Assembly (NCBI GenBank): GCA_001779535.1
Contig: MFKJ01000023.1
Location: forward strand, 1 to 44,927
Origin: Candidatus Jorgensenbacteria bacterium RIFCSPHIGHO2_02_FULL_45_20
GTDB lineage: Bacteria; Patescibacteriota; Minisyncoccia; UBA6257; GWB1-50-10
Direction: 5' to 3'
Length of the DNA stretch: 44,927 bases
Positions within the stretch are counted from its first letter, which is position 1; every line of letters begins with the position of its first letter. A program made the translations under genes and the position numbers. The notes under the pieces are model-generated. The model searched no databases and was not told where the DNA came from. It worked only from the letters and a program-made list of their open reading frames with translations. Of this stretch, positions 27,220 to 37,002 are shown piece after piece.

Positions 27220-28287
27220 ATGCCGAAGAAAATTTTGTTGGTCTCGTTCTGCGTCGCTTGCGCCGTCTTAGCGGCAACACTCGCGATAGTGTTTATTTTA
27301 TCATCGCGTGAAAGCGGTAAAATAGCTGAACGCGAATATCCGCTAACCGAAAATTCTCCGTCAGCCGCAAGCGCGACAGAAAACGAACCCGTCCCCACGG
27401 CATCATCAACCGTCGCGCCGTCCGAAAATACCGAAATAAACATTCTCTTCGCGGGCGACCTCATGCTTGACAGGGGAGTGGAATATTATGTAAACAAACT
27501 CGCCGCCGGCGACTTCAAATTCCCGTTTGAAAAAGCCGCGGAATATCTGAACTCCTTCGACGCCGTAATCACGAATCTTGAAGGTCCCGTCTCCGACAAG
27601 GGAGTCCTGTCGGGAAGCATATACTCCTTCAGAATGAGTCCGTCAGTGCTCGCCGTTTTTCCGTACGCGAACATAAAAGCCGTGAACGTGGCGAATAATC
27701 ATGCGTGGGACTACGGCCGCGACGCGTTTGAAGACACGCTCGCGCGCCTCAAAGAAAACAATATAGGGTATTTCGGCGGCGGCAAAAGCGAAAACGAAGC
27801 ATACTCTCCGTACATATTCGAGAAAAACGGCATAAAAATAGCCATTCTCGGCTTTACGGAGTTTCTCGAATCGGTACGGGCAAATGGAAACGAAGCGGGT
27901 ATCGCCTTCAGTTCACCGGAGAAAATGGAAGCCGCCATAAAAGCGGCAAAACAAAAAACAAACATAGTCATCGCGCAGTTTCACTTCGGCGAAGAATATC
28001 GCGAAACGCCCGTAGAGCGGCAGGTAAATATCGCGCGCGCGGCGATTGACGCGGGAGCCGATATCGTAATCGGCCACCACCCGCACGTCGTAGAAACGAG
28101 CGAAGAATACAAAGGGAAAATGATATTCTACTCGCTCGGCAACTTCGTCTTCGACCAGGGCTTCTCAAAAGAAACTATGTCCCCGGGCCTCCTCGAGGTT
28201 GGTATAACGGCAAACGGCATCGAAAAAGCCGTCCTCCGCCAAACCTCCCTCACAAAATACTTCGAGCTCCTCCCCCCGGAAAAATGA
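27220..28287 (+). CDS. CapA-family (PGA_cap) metallophosphatase-like protein with an N-terminal membrane anchor
   Basis: ILFAGDLMLDRG, NLEGP, VANNHAWDYG and IVIGHHPHVV...YSLGNFVFDQ. Confidence 0.85.
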   Translation: MPKKILLVSFCVACAVLAATLAIVFILSSRESGKIAEREYPLTENSPSAASATENEPVPTASSTVAPSENTEINILFAGDLMLDRGVEYYVNKLAAGDFKFPFEKAAEYLNSFDAVITNLEGPVSDKGVLSGSIYSFRMSPSVLAVFPYANIKAVNVANNHAWDYGRDAFEDTLARLKENNIGYFGGGKSENEAYSPYIFEKNGIKIAILGFTEFLESVRANGNEAGIAFSSPEKMEAAIKAAKQKTNIVIAQFHFGEEYRETPVERQVNIARAAIDAGADIVIGHHPHVVETSEEYKGKMIFYSLGNFVFDQGFSKETMSPGLLEVGITANGIEKAVLRQTSLTKYFELLPPEK

Positions 28288-28292
28288 ATAAC

Positions 28293-28356
28293 CCGCCTCA
28301 CGGTTCTCATCATCTCTTAAAATAAGAGGGGATTAATGGGAGTCATTCTACTCTGC
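28293..28356 (+). repeat. pY/pR element, copy B
   Basis: ctcacggttctcatcatctcTTAAAATAagaggggattaatgggagtcattctactc. Confidence 0.5.
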
Positions 28357-28404
28357 CGGGAGAATTATTTCGTCCACAGCGTAAGAAATGTTAAAATAGG
28401 TCCT

Positions 28405-28899
28405 ATGGGCGCAAATAATCAGTATCTCCACGAAGTGGCTATCACCGCCATTATAGTGAAAGATGGGAAATACTTAATCACAAGAAGAGCGTCGAATAAA
28501 AAAAGGTTCCCTGGGATGTGGACCGTCCCGGGCGGCAAAATAGAAACAGGCGACTACCTGAAACTACCAAAAGACACAAAATTCTACTGGTACAACGTGC
28601 TTGAACGAACGCTCAAAAGAGAGGTACAGGAAGAAGTTGGAATCGAAATTGCCAACATCGAATACGTTACAAGTTTGGCAACAGTTCACGAAGACGGTAG
28701 TCCCTCTCTCGTGATTTCCTGCGCGGCGAATTACGTCTCTGGCGAAATAAAACTCCAAATCGAAGAAAACGACCAATTCGCGTGGGTTAGTTTGGAAGAA
28801 GCTAAAAGCTATCAACTTCTCGACGGAATCTACGACGAACTCGTGATGGTCGAAAACAAAAGAAAAGGCCTAAAAACCGAATGGCAAAGGTCCGGTTAA
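28405..28899 (+). CDS. NUDIX hydrolase (ORF opens at 28336 inside the repeat; ATG at 28405 preferred)
   Basis: Nudix box GGKIETGD...LKREVQEEVGIEI. Confidence 0.85.
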   Translation: MGANNQYLHEVAITAIIVKDGKYLITRRASNKKRFPGMWTVPGGKIETGDYLKLPKDTKFYWYNVLERTLKREVQEEVGIEIANIEYVTSLATVHEDGSPSLVISCAANYVSGEIKLQIEENDQFAWVSLEEAKSYQLLDGIYDELVMVENKRKGLKTEWQRSG

Positions 28900-28928
28900 T
28901 TTACATCCAAAGCTACTAAACCAAACCC

Positions 28929-29231
28929 ATGAAATACAACAAACTTGTCAGAGATAAAATTCCGGAATACATAAAAAACAAAGGCGGCGCGCCCGTAACT
29001 CACATCGCGGGCGACAGCGAATACTGGGAAAAATTAAAAGAAAAACTACTGGAAGAAATAAAGGAATTTTCCGAAAGTGAAACCATCGAAGAAATATCAG
29101 ACGTCTACGAAGTGCTTGAAGCTATAGCGGACTATAAAAACTTCAGCAAAAACGACATGGAAAAAATTAAAGAAAAAAAAGCCGAAGATAGAGGAAAATT
29201 TCGAAAACGGATAATCCTCGACGAATCGTGA
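28929..29231 (+). CDS. MazG-like / phosphoribosyl-ATP pyrophosphohydrolase-like NTP pyrophosphatase
   Basis: 100 aa with KLVRDKIPE and EExxDxxE-type acidic helices ([12 protein letters not shown]). Confidence 0.65.
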   Translation: MKYNKLVRDKIPEYIKNKGGAPVTHIAGDSEYWEKLKEKLLEEIKEFSESETIEEISDVYEVLEAIADYKNFSKNDMEKIKEKKAEDRGKFRKRIILDES

Positions 29232-29695
29232 TAACCCCGATGAAAAAGCCCAAATTCAAACCAAAACCCGGACAAATTGATTACACGAACGTCCGCTGGG
29301 CGCCTGTGATTAATTGTGTCCTGAAACACAATAATAAGTTTTTAGTAGTTGAGCGAAACAAAGAACTGAATTTTTATCCGGGCTACTGGAACGGAATTTC
29401 GGGCTTCCTCGACGACCAGAGAACCTTGGCTGAAAAAGTAGAGGGAGAGATTAGGGAAGAACTCGGCATACCTAAAAACAAAATAAAGCGTATTCGCCTC
29501 GGAGAAATATTCGACCAAGACGAGCCGAAATATAAAAAGACATGGATAGTACACCCTGTGCTGGTGGAAGTAAAAACAAACAAAATCAAGCTCGACTGGG
29601 AAGCAAAAAATTACAAGTGGCTCCCGCTCCAAGAAATCAAGAAACTGAAACTCCTCCCCGGCTTCAATAAAGTTTTGAAAAAGTTATCTCTGTGA
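29228..29695 (+). CDS. NUDIX hydrolase (GTG start overlaps the previous stop; alternative ATG at 29240)
   Basis: Nudix box [23 protein letters not shown]. Confidence 0.8.
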   Translation: MITPMKKPKFKPKPGQIDYTNVRWAPVINCVLKHNNKFLVVERNKELNFYPGYWNGISGFLDDQRTLAEKVEGEIREELGIPKNKIKRIRLGEIFDQDEPKYKKTWIVHPVLVEVKTNKIKLDWEAKNYKWLPLQEIKKLKLLPGFNKVLKKLSL

Positions 29696-29734
29696 TTATA
29701 AAAACAAACCACATCATCACATGATGGAGTTATA

Positions 29735-29795
29735 TCCTTTCCTCCGTTTTTCCCTCTTAAAATAAAATGGGATTAAGAGAAGTCATTCTGCTGTA
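29735..29795 (+). repeat. pY/pR element, copy C
   Basis: tcctttcctccgtttttccctcTTAAAATAaaatgggattaagagaagtcattctgctg. Confidence 0.5.
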
Positions 29796-29859
29796 TTTTT
29801 CCACTCCGTCTGCACAATAACGATGGCATCAAATCTAAAATCGCGTTAATATAATAGGC

Positions 29860-30402
29860 ATGAAATCATCAATTGTATTTCCGGTCATTCTCGGTCTTGC
29901 GTTGCTTCTCTGCCTCGGCGGCCTTCTTCTGCGCGGTAATGAAGACGTTTGGATTTGCGAAAAAAATCCTTCAACTGATCTCGGCGAGTGGGTGAAGCGC
30001 GGAAATCCATCCGCGCCAATCCCGGCCGAACCATGCGACACCGGCACAACCGACGTCGCCGTAACCAAACAATCCGCCATGCTTTCCGTAAGCGGTTTCA
30101 AAGCATACTCCTTCGGCGAAACCATATGCGCTGAAGGGACTGTAAAAAACATAAGCGCCGAAAAACTCGGCTATGTGCGCTCGATTTTCACTTTCTATGA
30201 AGCGGACGGAAGCGTGTTTGATTTTTCAGACGGACTCATAAACTCATCGCGCGGCATTTTTATGCCAGGCGAAGAAGCGCTCTTCAAGCGCTGTACCGCC
30301 GACAAAAACGCGCAAATAGACACCGCGAAAACAAAAGTGCATTTCGAGGGCAAAATAGGGGACATCTACAAAAACACCGACCTCCTTTTTGTAATAAACT
30401 AA
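29860..30402 (+). CDS. Secreted or lipoprotein-like hypothetical protein
   Basis: Signal peptide MKSSIVFPVILGLALLLCLGG. No recognised domain. Confidence 0.65.
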   Translation: MKSSIVFPVILGLALLLCLGGLLLRGNEDVWICEKNPSTDLGEWVKRGNPSAPIPAEPCDTGTTDVAVTKQSAMLSVSGFKAYSFGETICAEGTVKNISAEKLGYVRSIFTFYEADGSVFDFSDGLINSSRGIFMPGEEALFKRCTADKNAQIDTAKTKVHFEGKIGDIYKNTDLLFVIN

Positions 30403-30431
30403 CCTCCTTACGCCATTGTCAAAAATTTGGT

Positions 30432-30480
30432 ATCCACTCTTTTGTTTTTTCGAGGTAAAGGGGAGTTATTCCGCCTCTTT
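30432..30480 (+). repeat. pY/pR element, degenerate copy F
   Basis: atccactcttttgttttttcgaggtaaaggggagttattccgcctc. It shares atccA-ACTCTTTT with copy E and ggggagttatt with copy D. Confidence 0.35.
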
Positions 30481-30513
30481 CCGCTCTGCGCGGAAACTGT
30501 CTTTTCACCTTGT

Positions 30514-30552
30514 CATTACATTTTTTCACACGATCGTGTAAAAAATGTAATG
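30514..30552. promoter_or_regulatory. Near-perfect 39-bp palindrome centred on CGATCG, just upstream of TATAAT (30561-30566)
   Basis: CATTACATTTTTTCACACGATCGTGTAAAAAATGTAATG, with one bulged base. Confidence 0.6.
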
Positions 30553-30636
30553 GTGTGGTTTATAATGATATTCTCTGATTCGTACGAATAATAGAAAAAG
30601 AAACCAAAAAACAAATTTTTGTGATATTATTTTTAT

Positions 30637-31422
30637 ATGAAAAAACCGCTTCTGATTGACGTTTTGGTTTTTACCGCCCTTATTATTCTCGGTTGCGCCT
30701 ACCCATGGTTCGTAAAGGGCACGGTATGGGACAATTCAATGCTTTGGTCGTTTATAGTAGCAGTTCCAATCGCTGTATATTTCGGGCTTCGCAAAAGAAA
30801 AAATTGGAAAAAGATTTTCATAGGAACTTTTGTCTTTGGTATACTCTTTGGCGCGGTTCTGGAATTTTTGGCTCATGTTACGGGTATATGGCAAGTACCA
30901 ACGACTATTTTCCCATTTAGAATACTCGGAGCAAGCACATTCGAGGCCTTCATCGGATACATTCCTATGACCTTATTCGTTCTTGTTTTTTATGAGCATT
31001 TTTTTGACAAGGACGCAACTCACAAAATTTCCCCGCACATCTGGTACGCTATTATTCCATCGCTCATCGTATGGGCGGTGATTATCGCTCTGCATTTTAT
31101 AAGCCCGTCAAAACTTATCTTCAGTTACGCTTACATCAAAATGGGAATCGCCGCCATTATTTTGACTATCATACAAATAGCACGTTCCCCAAAATTATTT
31201 TCCAAATACGCAAAGTTAGCTGTTTCTCTTTTCTTCGTATTTTTCGTTTTTGAGTTCGTCGGAGTCACTTTTAACTACTGGATTTTCCCGGGGCACGATT
31301 ATCTTGGTATGGTAAATGTTTTCGGGAGAACCTTCCCACTCGAAGAAATCATCTTTTGGATGTTTTTCTATCCCGCCACCATAGCGGCGTACTACGAAGA
31401 ATTCGTGGACGATAAAAAATAG
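30637..31422 (+). CDS. Polytopic membrane protein, possibly lycopene-cyclase-domain family
   Basis: About 7 hydrophobic segments. FPLEEIIFWMFFYP resembles the PxEE motif of CrtYc/d-type domains. The assignment is tentative. Confidence 0.5.
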   Translation: MKKPLLIDVLVFTALIILGCAYPWFVKGTVWDNSMLWSFIVAVPIAVYFGLRKRKNWKKIFIGTFVFGILFGAVLEFLAHVTGIWQVPTTIFPFRILGASTFEAFIGYIPMTLFVLVFYEHFFDKDATHKISPHIWYAIIPSLIVWAVIIALHFISPSKLIFSYAYIKMGIAAIILTIIQIARSPKLFSKYAKLAVSLFFVFFVFEFVGVTFNYWIFPGHDYLGMVNVFGRTFPLEEIIFWMFFYPATIAAYYEEFVDDKK

Positions 31423-31614
31423 TCCTGCAGACAACAGCTACTTTCCCAATCTCCTAATCGCGTCTAAAGAAAACGCCGCTATATGGGTGGCGGGATAGGT
31501 CCAATAGACCGGTGTAGACGTCTTGTGTTGTGCCAAAGCAACCGCTCCATAAGCGCGAGCCAACAAACAAAATAAGAATCAGCCGGTGAAACTTAAAAAA
31601 ACATTCTCATATTC

Positions 31615-32505
31615 TTAAGAATGTGAGAATGTTGTGTCCTTCCTCCAAAACGAAAATAAATGAGGCGCCGCCGCCGCTAAAACGATTATCAAACCGCCAG
31701 CGACAACTTTTCCAGTGAGCGATTCGTTGAAAATCAAAATCCCGAAAGTGATACTGAAGATTATTTCAAATAAACCAAGTAAACCGCCGATGCTGGCTTC
31801 AACGTATTTAAATCCGTAAATAACAAACCAAAATCCTATAATTCCCGCCGCGACATAGCCAAGTTGATACAACCAGACAATATCGAAAGATGGCAAATGC
31901 TGTGTTTCGCCGAGAAAAACAGACATCAAGCCGTTTGTCGGGATGATAATAAGCCAGCTGAGCCACGTGATGTAAAGCGGGGAATATTTATCGGATAGTT
32001 TTTTGGAAAAAGAAACTTCGCCGCCGCTCGCAACCCCGTTCAAAACCGCCATAAGTGCCGCGAGCAAGGTGAATGCGGCGAGCGAAAAAGAAAACACGAG
32101 ACACATACCCGCGATAGCTAAAAGAAAAGATAACGCTTTTACCTTTGTGATTTTTTCCTTGAGAAATACGAAACCAACCGTGTACATGGTAAGAAGCATG
32201 GTAACGAAAAATAGCAAGGTCGCCGAACCGATGTCCATATGATTAAACGCGTAAAAAATAGGCGCTTGTGTCAAAGAAGTAAAAATAAGATATACAGAGA
32301 GCCATTTCCAGTCGCTCTTTTCTATCCGGATAATTTTTCCGGCGAAATAAAGAAACGGAAAAAGGATAATGGCTATTATCAAAGCGCGAGTCCACCCCTG
32401 ATAAAAAATCCCGAAATTCCCTCCGATAAGCCGTGACCATATCCCGTAACTGCCGAACATCAAAGCGGAAATAAGCACAAGCGCAACACCCCGGGTTGTT
32501 TTCAT
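31615..32505 (-). CDS. EamA/DMT-family transporter
   Basis: Ten predicted transmembrane segments in two halves. N-terminus MKTTRGVALVLISALMFGSYGIWSR. Confidence 0.75.
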   Translation of the reverse strand: MKTTRGVALVLISALMFGSYGIWSRLIGGNFGIFYQGWTRALIIAIILFPFLYFAGKIIRIEKSDWKWLSVYLIFTSLTQAPIFYAFNHMDIGSATLLFFVTMLLTMYTVGFVFLKEKITKVKALSFLLAIAGMCLVFSFSLAAFTLLAALMAVLNGVASGGEVSFSKKLSDKYSPLYITWLSWLIIIPTNGLMSVFLGETQHLPSFDIVWLYQLGYVAAGIIGFWFVIYGFKYVEASIGGLLGLFEIIFSITFGILIFNESLTGKVVAGGLIIVLAAAAPHLFSFWRKDTTFSHS

Positions 32506-32578
32506 CCCACTTTCCATAAAAGAATTATATCAGAATATTGCGCTTATTGCGGCGTATCGGATTTTTATATATTTAGCT

Positions 32579-33472
32579 ATGTCGCGCGTTTTTTTGTATA
32601 ATCTCAATAAATACATGGACGATACAAAAACAATCCAAGTTATCACCGACATTACCGACGCAAGCTATAACGAGATGTTCGCGATTATGCGCGGCGTGGC
32701 GAAAGAATTATCGAACGATTCGGCAACTATTGCTCCCGTTGCTCCAGTTCAGGAATTTTCCATAACACAAGGAGCGTTTTTAATCAGATTGCTTGCGAAA
32801 TCTTACATAACTCCGGTCGTACTTTTTGCTAACGTCAGCCCGCACGAAACACACAAAACGGATGTGATAGGAAAAATCAAAGGCAAAGACATTATCTTTA
32901 TCGGCTCAAACAATGGCCTGTTTGATTGGATAACGCGGGATTTTGACTTAGATTATTTAGCCCAAATAAACGTCAAAAAACCGTATGTCGTGGATGGTCG
33001 TCTCATCTATCTGCCGGGGAATAATCCTCCCGAAAACTACATTTCGAGATTTGGAAACAAAACCGATTATTTAACATTCAGCGCGCATACGATTTACGGG
33101 CCTATAGCCGTAGCTCTTGCTCTTGGCATGGATTATAAAAAATTCGGAGATGATATGAGTATTAACTCTATAGTCCCTCTGGAAATCAGTAACGGCGAAA
33201 TAGTACACATAGACAATTACGGAAATGCGAAAATTTATGGTTCGCTGAAATTTTCACCCGGAACAAAAATCGAACTATTGGTAAACGGAAAAAAGATTTC
33301 CGAAGCCCAGTATATTAACGACAGAATGATGAGCCACCCGACAAAATCTTTTGTAGTTTATCCAAGCACCTCTCTGCTAAACATGGTTGATCTTGCTAAT
33401 ATTAGAGGAAACGCATGCAAGCAATTAGGTTTAAAAATCGGAGACGTCATTGCGTTCAAGAATATCGGATAA
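32579..33472 (+). CDS. DUF62 / SAM hydrolase (SalL-FlA fold) family protein, divergent
   Basis: IQVITDITDASY..., FIGSNNGLFDWI and GEIVHIDNYGNAKI parallel the conserved DFG, PDNGL and iD.FGN blocks. Confidence 0.5.
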   Translation: MSRVFLYNLNKYMDDTKTIQVITDITDASYNEMFAIMRGVAKELSNDSATIAPVAPVQEFSITQGAFLIRLLAKSYITPVVLFANVSPHETHKTDVIGKIKGKDIIFIGSNNGLFDWITRDFDLDYLAQINVKKPYVVDGRLIYLPGNNPPENYISRFGNKTDYLTFSAHTIYGPIAVALALGMDYKKFGDDMSINSIVPLEISNGEIVHIDNYGNAKIYGSLKFSPGTKIELLVNGKKISEAQYINDRMMSHPTKSFVVYPSTSLLNMVDLANIRGNACKQLGLKIGDVIAFKNIG

Positions 33473-33802
33473 TTCACATTTCTAACTCCACCCGACAGAC
33501 GGCCCCACACCAATCGGCTCGTCCGGTTTACGCTCCGCGTAGTTCACGCGAAGTTCCATAGCCGCCGCGTCAATGTAGGTTGACTGCGGCGCTATTCTGT
33601 CCCCGATAAAGAAAGCGTTTGTCGTTTTGTAACCATCCAAAGTTTTGATAGCAACAACCGCTACAAGTGGTTGCGCCCCCGCCAAAAACGTGATATAATT
33701 ATAAAATACAGTGGCATTCTGCCTGGCTGGCTTGAGGGCGGATTTTTTTTGTGAACCGCCAGCTCCGCACAACCAAAGCAAAATAATTACATTACTAAAA
33801 CC

Positions 33803-35596
33803 ATGGAAATTCGTAACATTGCGATTATCGCCCATGTTGACCACGGCAAAACAATGCTCACAGACGCGGCTTTGCGCGAAACAGGAATGGTAGCCGAAGG
33901 AGTGAGCATGGATTCAAACGCGCTTGAACGCGAGCGCGGCATTACGATTTATTCCAAAAACGCCTCTCTTTTTTACAAAGGAACGAAAATAAACATAGTG
34001 GATACGCCCGGCCACGCCGACTTCGGTTCCGAAGTCGAACGCGTACTGCGCTCGGTTGACTCCGTATTGCTTGTTGTTGACGCGCAGGAAGGTCCGATGC
34101 CGCAAACAAAGTTTGTGCTCAAAAAATCGCTGGAACTCGGAATAAAACCGATTGTGGTCATCAATAAAATAGACAAGCCCGCCGCGCGGCCGCAGTGGAC
34201 GCACAATGAAGTATTCGCGCTTTTTATGAATCTCGGCGCGACGGACGAACAACTCAATTTCACGACTCTCTACGCGATCGCGAAAAACGGTATCGCGAAG
34301 ATGAAGTTGGAAGACGACTCAAAAAATCTTACGCCTCTCCTCGACGCAATCCTCAAAGAAGTGCGCCCCGCGTCCAGCCCGGAACTTTCAAAACGCCAGT
34401 TTCGCATGCAGCCGTTCAATCTCGCGTACGACAATTTTCTCGGCCGCCTCGCGATCGGCCGCGTCTACGAAGGCGTCGTAAAAAGCGGGGAAGCGGTGAT
34501 AATTAAAAAACCGTCCGGAGAAACGGCACAGGGAAAAATCACGAAGATTTTTACATTTGAAGGCGTGGAAAGAAAAGAAGCCGCCGAAGCGGAGGCGGGC
34601 GACATAGTCATGGTCGCGGGCCTGCCAAGCATCTACATCGGCGAAACGATTTGCGCCGATATAAATCAGGAAATGCTCCCGGCCATCTCGATTGACGAAC
34701 CCACAATCTGCCTTAACTTTTTGGTAAACAATTCACCATTCGGCGGCCGTGAGGGAAAGTTCGTCACCACAAGACAACTTCGCGAACGCCTGTCGCGCGA
34801 ACTCGAAGTAAACGTCGGATTAAAAATAGAATTCTCGGAAAACGACACCTACAAAGTGTATGGCCGCGGCGAGCTCCACATCGCGATTCTCCTCGAAAAT
34901 ATGCGCCGCGAGGGATACGAGATGCAAGTTTCCGAACCGCGTGTTATTTTCAAAACTGAAAACGGCGCAACGCTCGAGCCGTTTGAAGAACTGACAATTG
35001 ACGTGCCAAGCGGAATGGAAGGGGGAGTTATAGAAAAACTTTCAAAACGCAAAGGAATTCTGACGCACATTCAGCCCGAACGCGGGCATGTGCGTCTGAT
35101 ATTCGAAATCCCCACGCGCGGTTTCCTCGGGTACAGGGGAGAATTCATCATAGACACGCGCGGCGAAGGAACACTCTACGGCCGCGTTCTCGGCTTTCGC
35201 CCGTACGCCGGCGCGATAGAAAAAAGAGCGCTCGGTTCAATGGTTTCTATGGCGTCCGGCAAAGCTCTCGGCTTTTCGCTCGCCAACCTTCAGGAGCGGG
35301 GAGTGCTCTACATCCCTCCGGCAACCGAAGTGTATGAAGGAATGGTAATCGGAAACGTCTCTAAAGGAAGCGATATGACGGTAAACCCGACAAAAGGAAA
35401 ACAACTCTCGAATATGCGCGCGAGCGGCTCCGACGACGCGATTGTTTTGACTCCGCCGCTTACCCTCACCCTCGAGCGGGGACTTGAAATAATAAACGAA
35501 GACGAGTATCTGGAAGTAACGCCGAAAAGCATCCGCCTGCGCAAACAACACCTCACCGAAATCGCCCGCACCCGCGTCAAACGCTCCGAAAAATAA
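33803..35596 (+). CDS. typA: Translational GTPase TypA/BipA
   Basis: [27 protein letters not shown] and the C-terminal BipA domain. Confidence 0.95.
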   Translation: MEIRNIAIIAHVDHGKTMLTDAALRETGMVAEGVSMDSNALERERGITIYSKNASLFYKGTKINIVDTPGHADFGSEVERVLRSVDSVLLVVDAQEGPMPQTKFVLKKSLELGIKPIVVINKIDKPAARPQWTHNEVFALFMNLGATDEQLNFTTLYAIAKNGIAKMKLEDDSKNLTPLLDAILKEVRPASSPELSKRQFRMQPFNLAYDNFLGRLAIGRVYEGVVKSGEAVIIKKPSGETAQGKITKIFTFEGVERKEAAEAEAGDIVMVAGLPSIYIGETICADINQEMLPAISIDEPTICLNFLVNNSPFGGREGKFVTTRQLRERLSRELEVNVGLKIEFSENDTYKVYGRGELHIAILLENMRREGYEMQVSEPRVIFKTENGATLEPFEELTIDVPSGMEGGVIEKLSKRKGILTHIQPERGHVRLIFEIPTRGFLGYRGEFIIDTRGEGTLYGRVLGFRPYAGAIEKRALGSMVSMASGKALGFSLANLQERGVLYIPPATEVYEGMVIGNVSKGSDMTVNPTKGKQLSNMRASGSDDAIVLTPPLTLTLERGLEIINEDEYLEVTPKSIRLRKQHLTEIARTRVKRSEK

Positions 35597-35637
35597 ATCG
35601 AGTGGCGTAAAAAAGAAAAGCTCCTAAAGTTCTGCTT

Positions 35638-36333
35638 CTACAAGCGGTCCGGGAAATCGGACAATATCCCGTCAACTCCGAGTGCCTTTATTTTTTTAAT
35701 GTCGTCCGGCTCGTTGACCGTCCACGCGAAAACCTTCAGTCCCTTCGTGTGGGCGCTATCAACAAACTCTTTTGTAACGAATTCAAACGATAAAATTATG
35801 GCCTGCGCTCCGAGTTCTACGCACAACTCGACATACTTCGGTGGTATGTCCGTAACCGCCACGCCGGTTTTTATGCGAGTTCCGTAACCGCCAGTATTTA
35901 TCTTATTAAACTCTCGTAGCTCCTGGCGATTAAAAGATAAAACCCAAAACACATCCGCCGGGGAACCCTTCTCCAAAATATATTTTCTGATAATTTCTGA
36001 AACCGGCCCCGCCGTACCCGCGCCCTTCAACTCTATAAATACGGTCGCTTTTTTATCCACCGAATCAAGTACTTCTTCCAAAGTCGGAATTTTCTCGCCC
36101 CTGCCGGCATCCAAAAGACGCAGTTCCGCGAGCGTTTTCATAGCCACAAAACCCTCGCCGCCCGTCGTACGGCCCACCGTGTCGTCATGAATCGCGACAA
36201 CCTCGCCGCTTTTGCATAAATGAACGTCAACCTCAATCGCGTCCGCGCCCAGCTTAATCGCCCTCCGGAAAGCCGCGATAGTATTTTCCGGCTCATATCC
36301 CGCCGCCCCTCTATGCCCGATTTTTATAAGCAT
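35638..36333 (-). CDS. Glycerophosphodiester phosphodiesterase
   Basis: IGHRGAAGYEPENT, EVDVHLCKSGEVVAIHDDTV and WTVN. Confidence 0.9.
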   Translation of the reverse strand: MLIKIGHRGAAGYEPENTIAAFRRAIKLGADAIEVDVHLCKSGEVVAIHDDTVGRTTGGEGFVAMKTLAELRLLDAGRGEKIPTLEEVLDSVDKKATVFIELKGAGTAGPVSEIIRKYILEKGSPADVFWVLSFNRQELREFNKINTGGYGTRIKTGVAVTDIPPKYVELCVELGAQAIILSFEFVTKEFVDSAHTKGLKVFAWTVNEPDDIKKIKALGVDGILSDFPDRL

Positions 36334-36448
36334 TTTACGAAATAATTTAATTTTGCCTCATTTCGCCGAACTCCGCCACCGCTTCTTATTATAACTTGTC
36401 CTGTTTTGCTGTACGGACGTGACACGTCCTAACATTTATTCTCTGATT

Positions 36449-36538
36449 TTTCTCCTCCCCCCTCTGCCTTTCTTTTCCTCTCTTCCGTTTCTCTTTCCCC
36501 TCTTAAAATAGGGGGGAGGGGGAGTTATTTTGCTCTCC
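36449..36538 (+). repeat. pY/pR element, copy D (longest pyrimidine arm)
   Basis: tttctcctcccccctctgcctttcttttcctctcttccgtttctctttcccctcTTAAAATAggggggagggggagttattttgctctcc. Confidence 0.5.
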
Positions 36539-36559
36539 GACAAATGATATGATCCGATT

Positions 36560-36709
36560 ATGGTCAAAAAAAATAAATTTGAAAAAATATTGTTTCCAAA
36601 CAAAGAATTCGCTTCGTCTTTATACAAAAAGTTAGGGTCGGAGTTTTATGACTATTTGGATAACATTAAAACTCGCATAGAATGGCATAAAAAAGAAAAA
36701 GGCTCCTAA
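36560..36709 (+). CDS. Possible 49-aa small protein (below the ORF-track cutoff)
   Basis: ATG at 36560 to TAA at 36707-36709: MVKKNKFEKILFPNKEFASSLYKKLGSEFYDYLDNIKTRIEWHKKEKGS. It is followed by the hairpin GGCTCCTAAGG...CCTTTCGGATCC plus TTTT and lies directly downstream of pY/pR copy D. Confidence 0.3.
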   Translation: MVKKNKFEKILFPNKEFASSLYKKLGSEFYDYLDNIKTRIEWHKKEKGS

Positions 36710-36802
36710 GGCACGAACACCTTTCGGATCCTTTTCCGTATTGATACGATACCATTATACGTCTTTTTCTTCCATAAAGTCAAAATTTGCGGATAATCCA
36801 TA

Positions 36803-36850
36803 CCCACTCTTTTTCTCTATTTCTTCCTCTTAAAATACGAGCTACCATCC
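36803..36850 (+). repeat. pY/pR element, truncated copy E (no purine arm)
   Basis: cccactctttttctctatttcttcctcTTAAAATAcgagctaccatcc. Confidence 0.4.
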
Positions 36851-37002
36851 TGTACCACCCAACACCCATTTTTATATCTATTTTTCACCACGCTTTTCAA
36901 TTTACTGTTTTGTCTATACTGTTTTAAATAATTGTGTGTTAATCACTACACGTGAGGTAATAACCATATACCACTACCATCTTCGAAATAAAAAGCAAAA
37001 AC

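Noticed and set aside
33482-33844. 120-aa minus-strand ORF overlapping the typA start
   Set aside because: Its 5' third overlaps the typA start and promoter (TATAAT near 33695, GGCGG...CCGCC hairpin). The only internal Met (in AAAMELR) lies close to the C-terminus and would leave a very short product. A short real gene in 33482-33700 cannot be excluded but is not supported.
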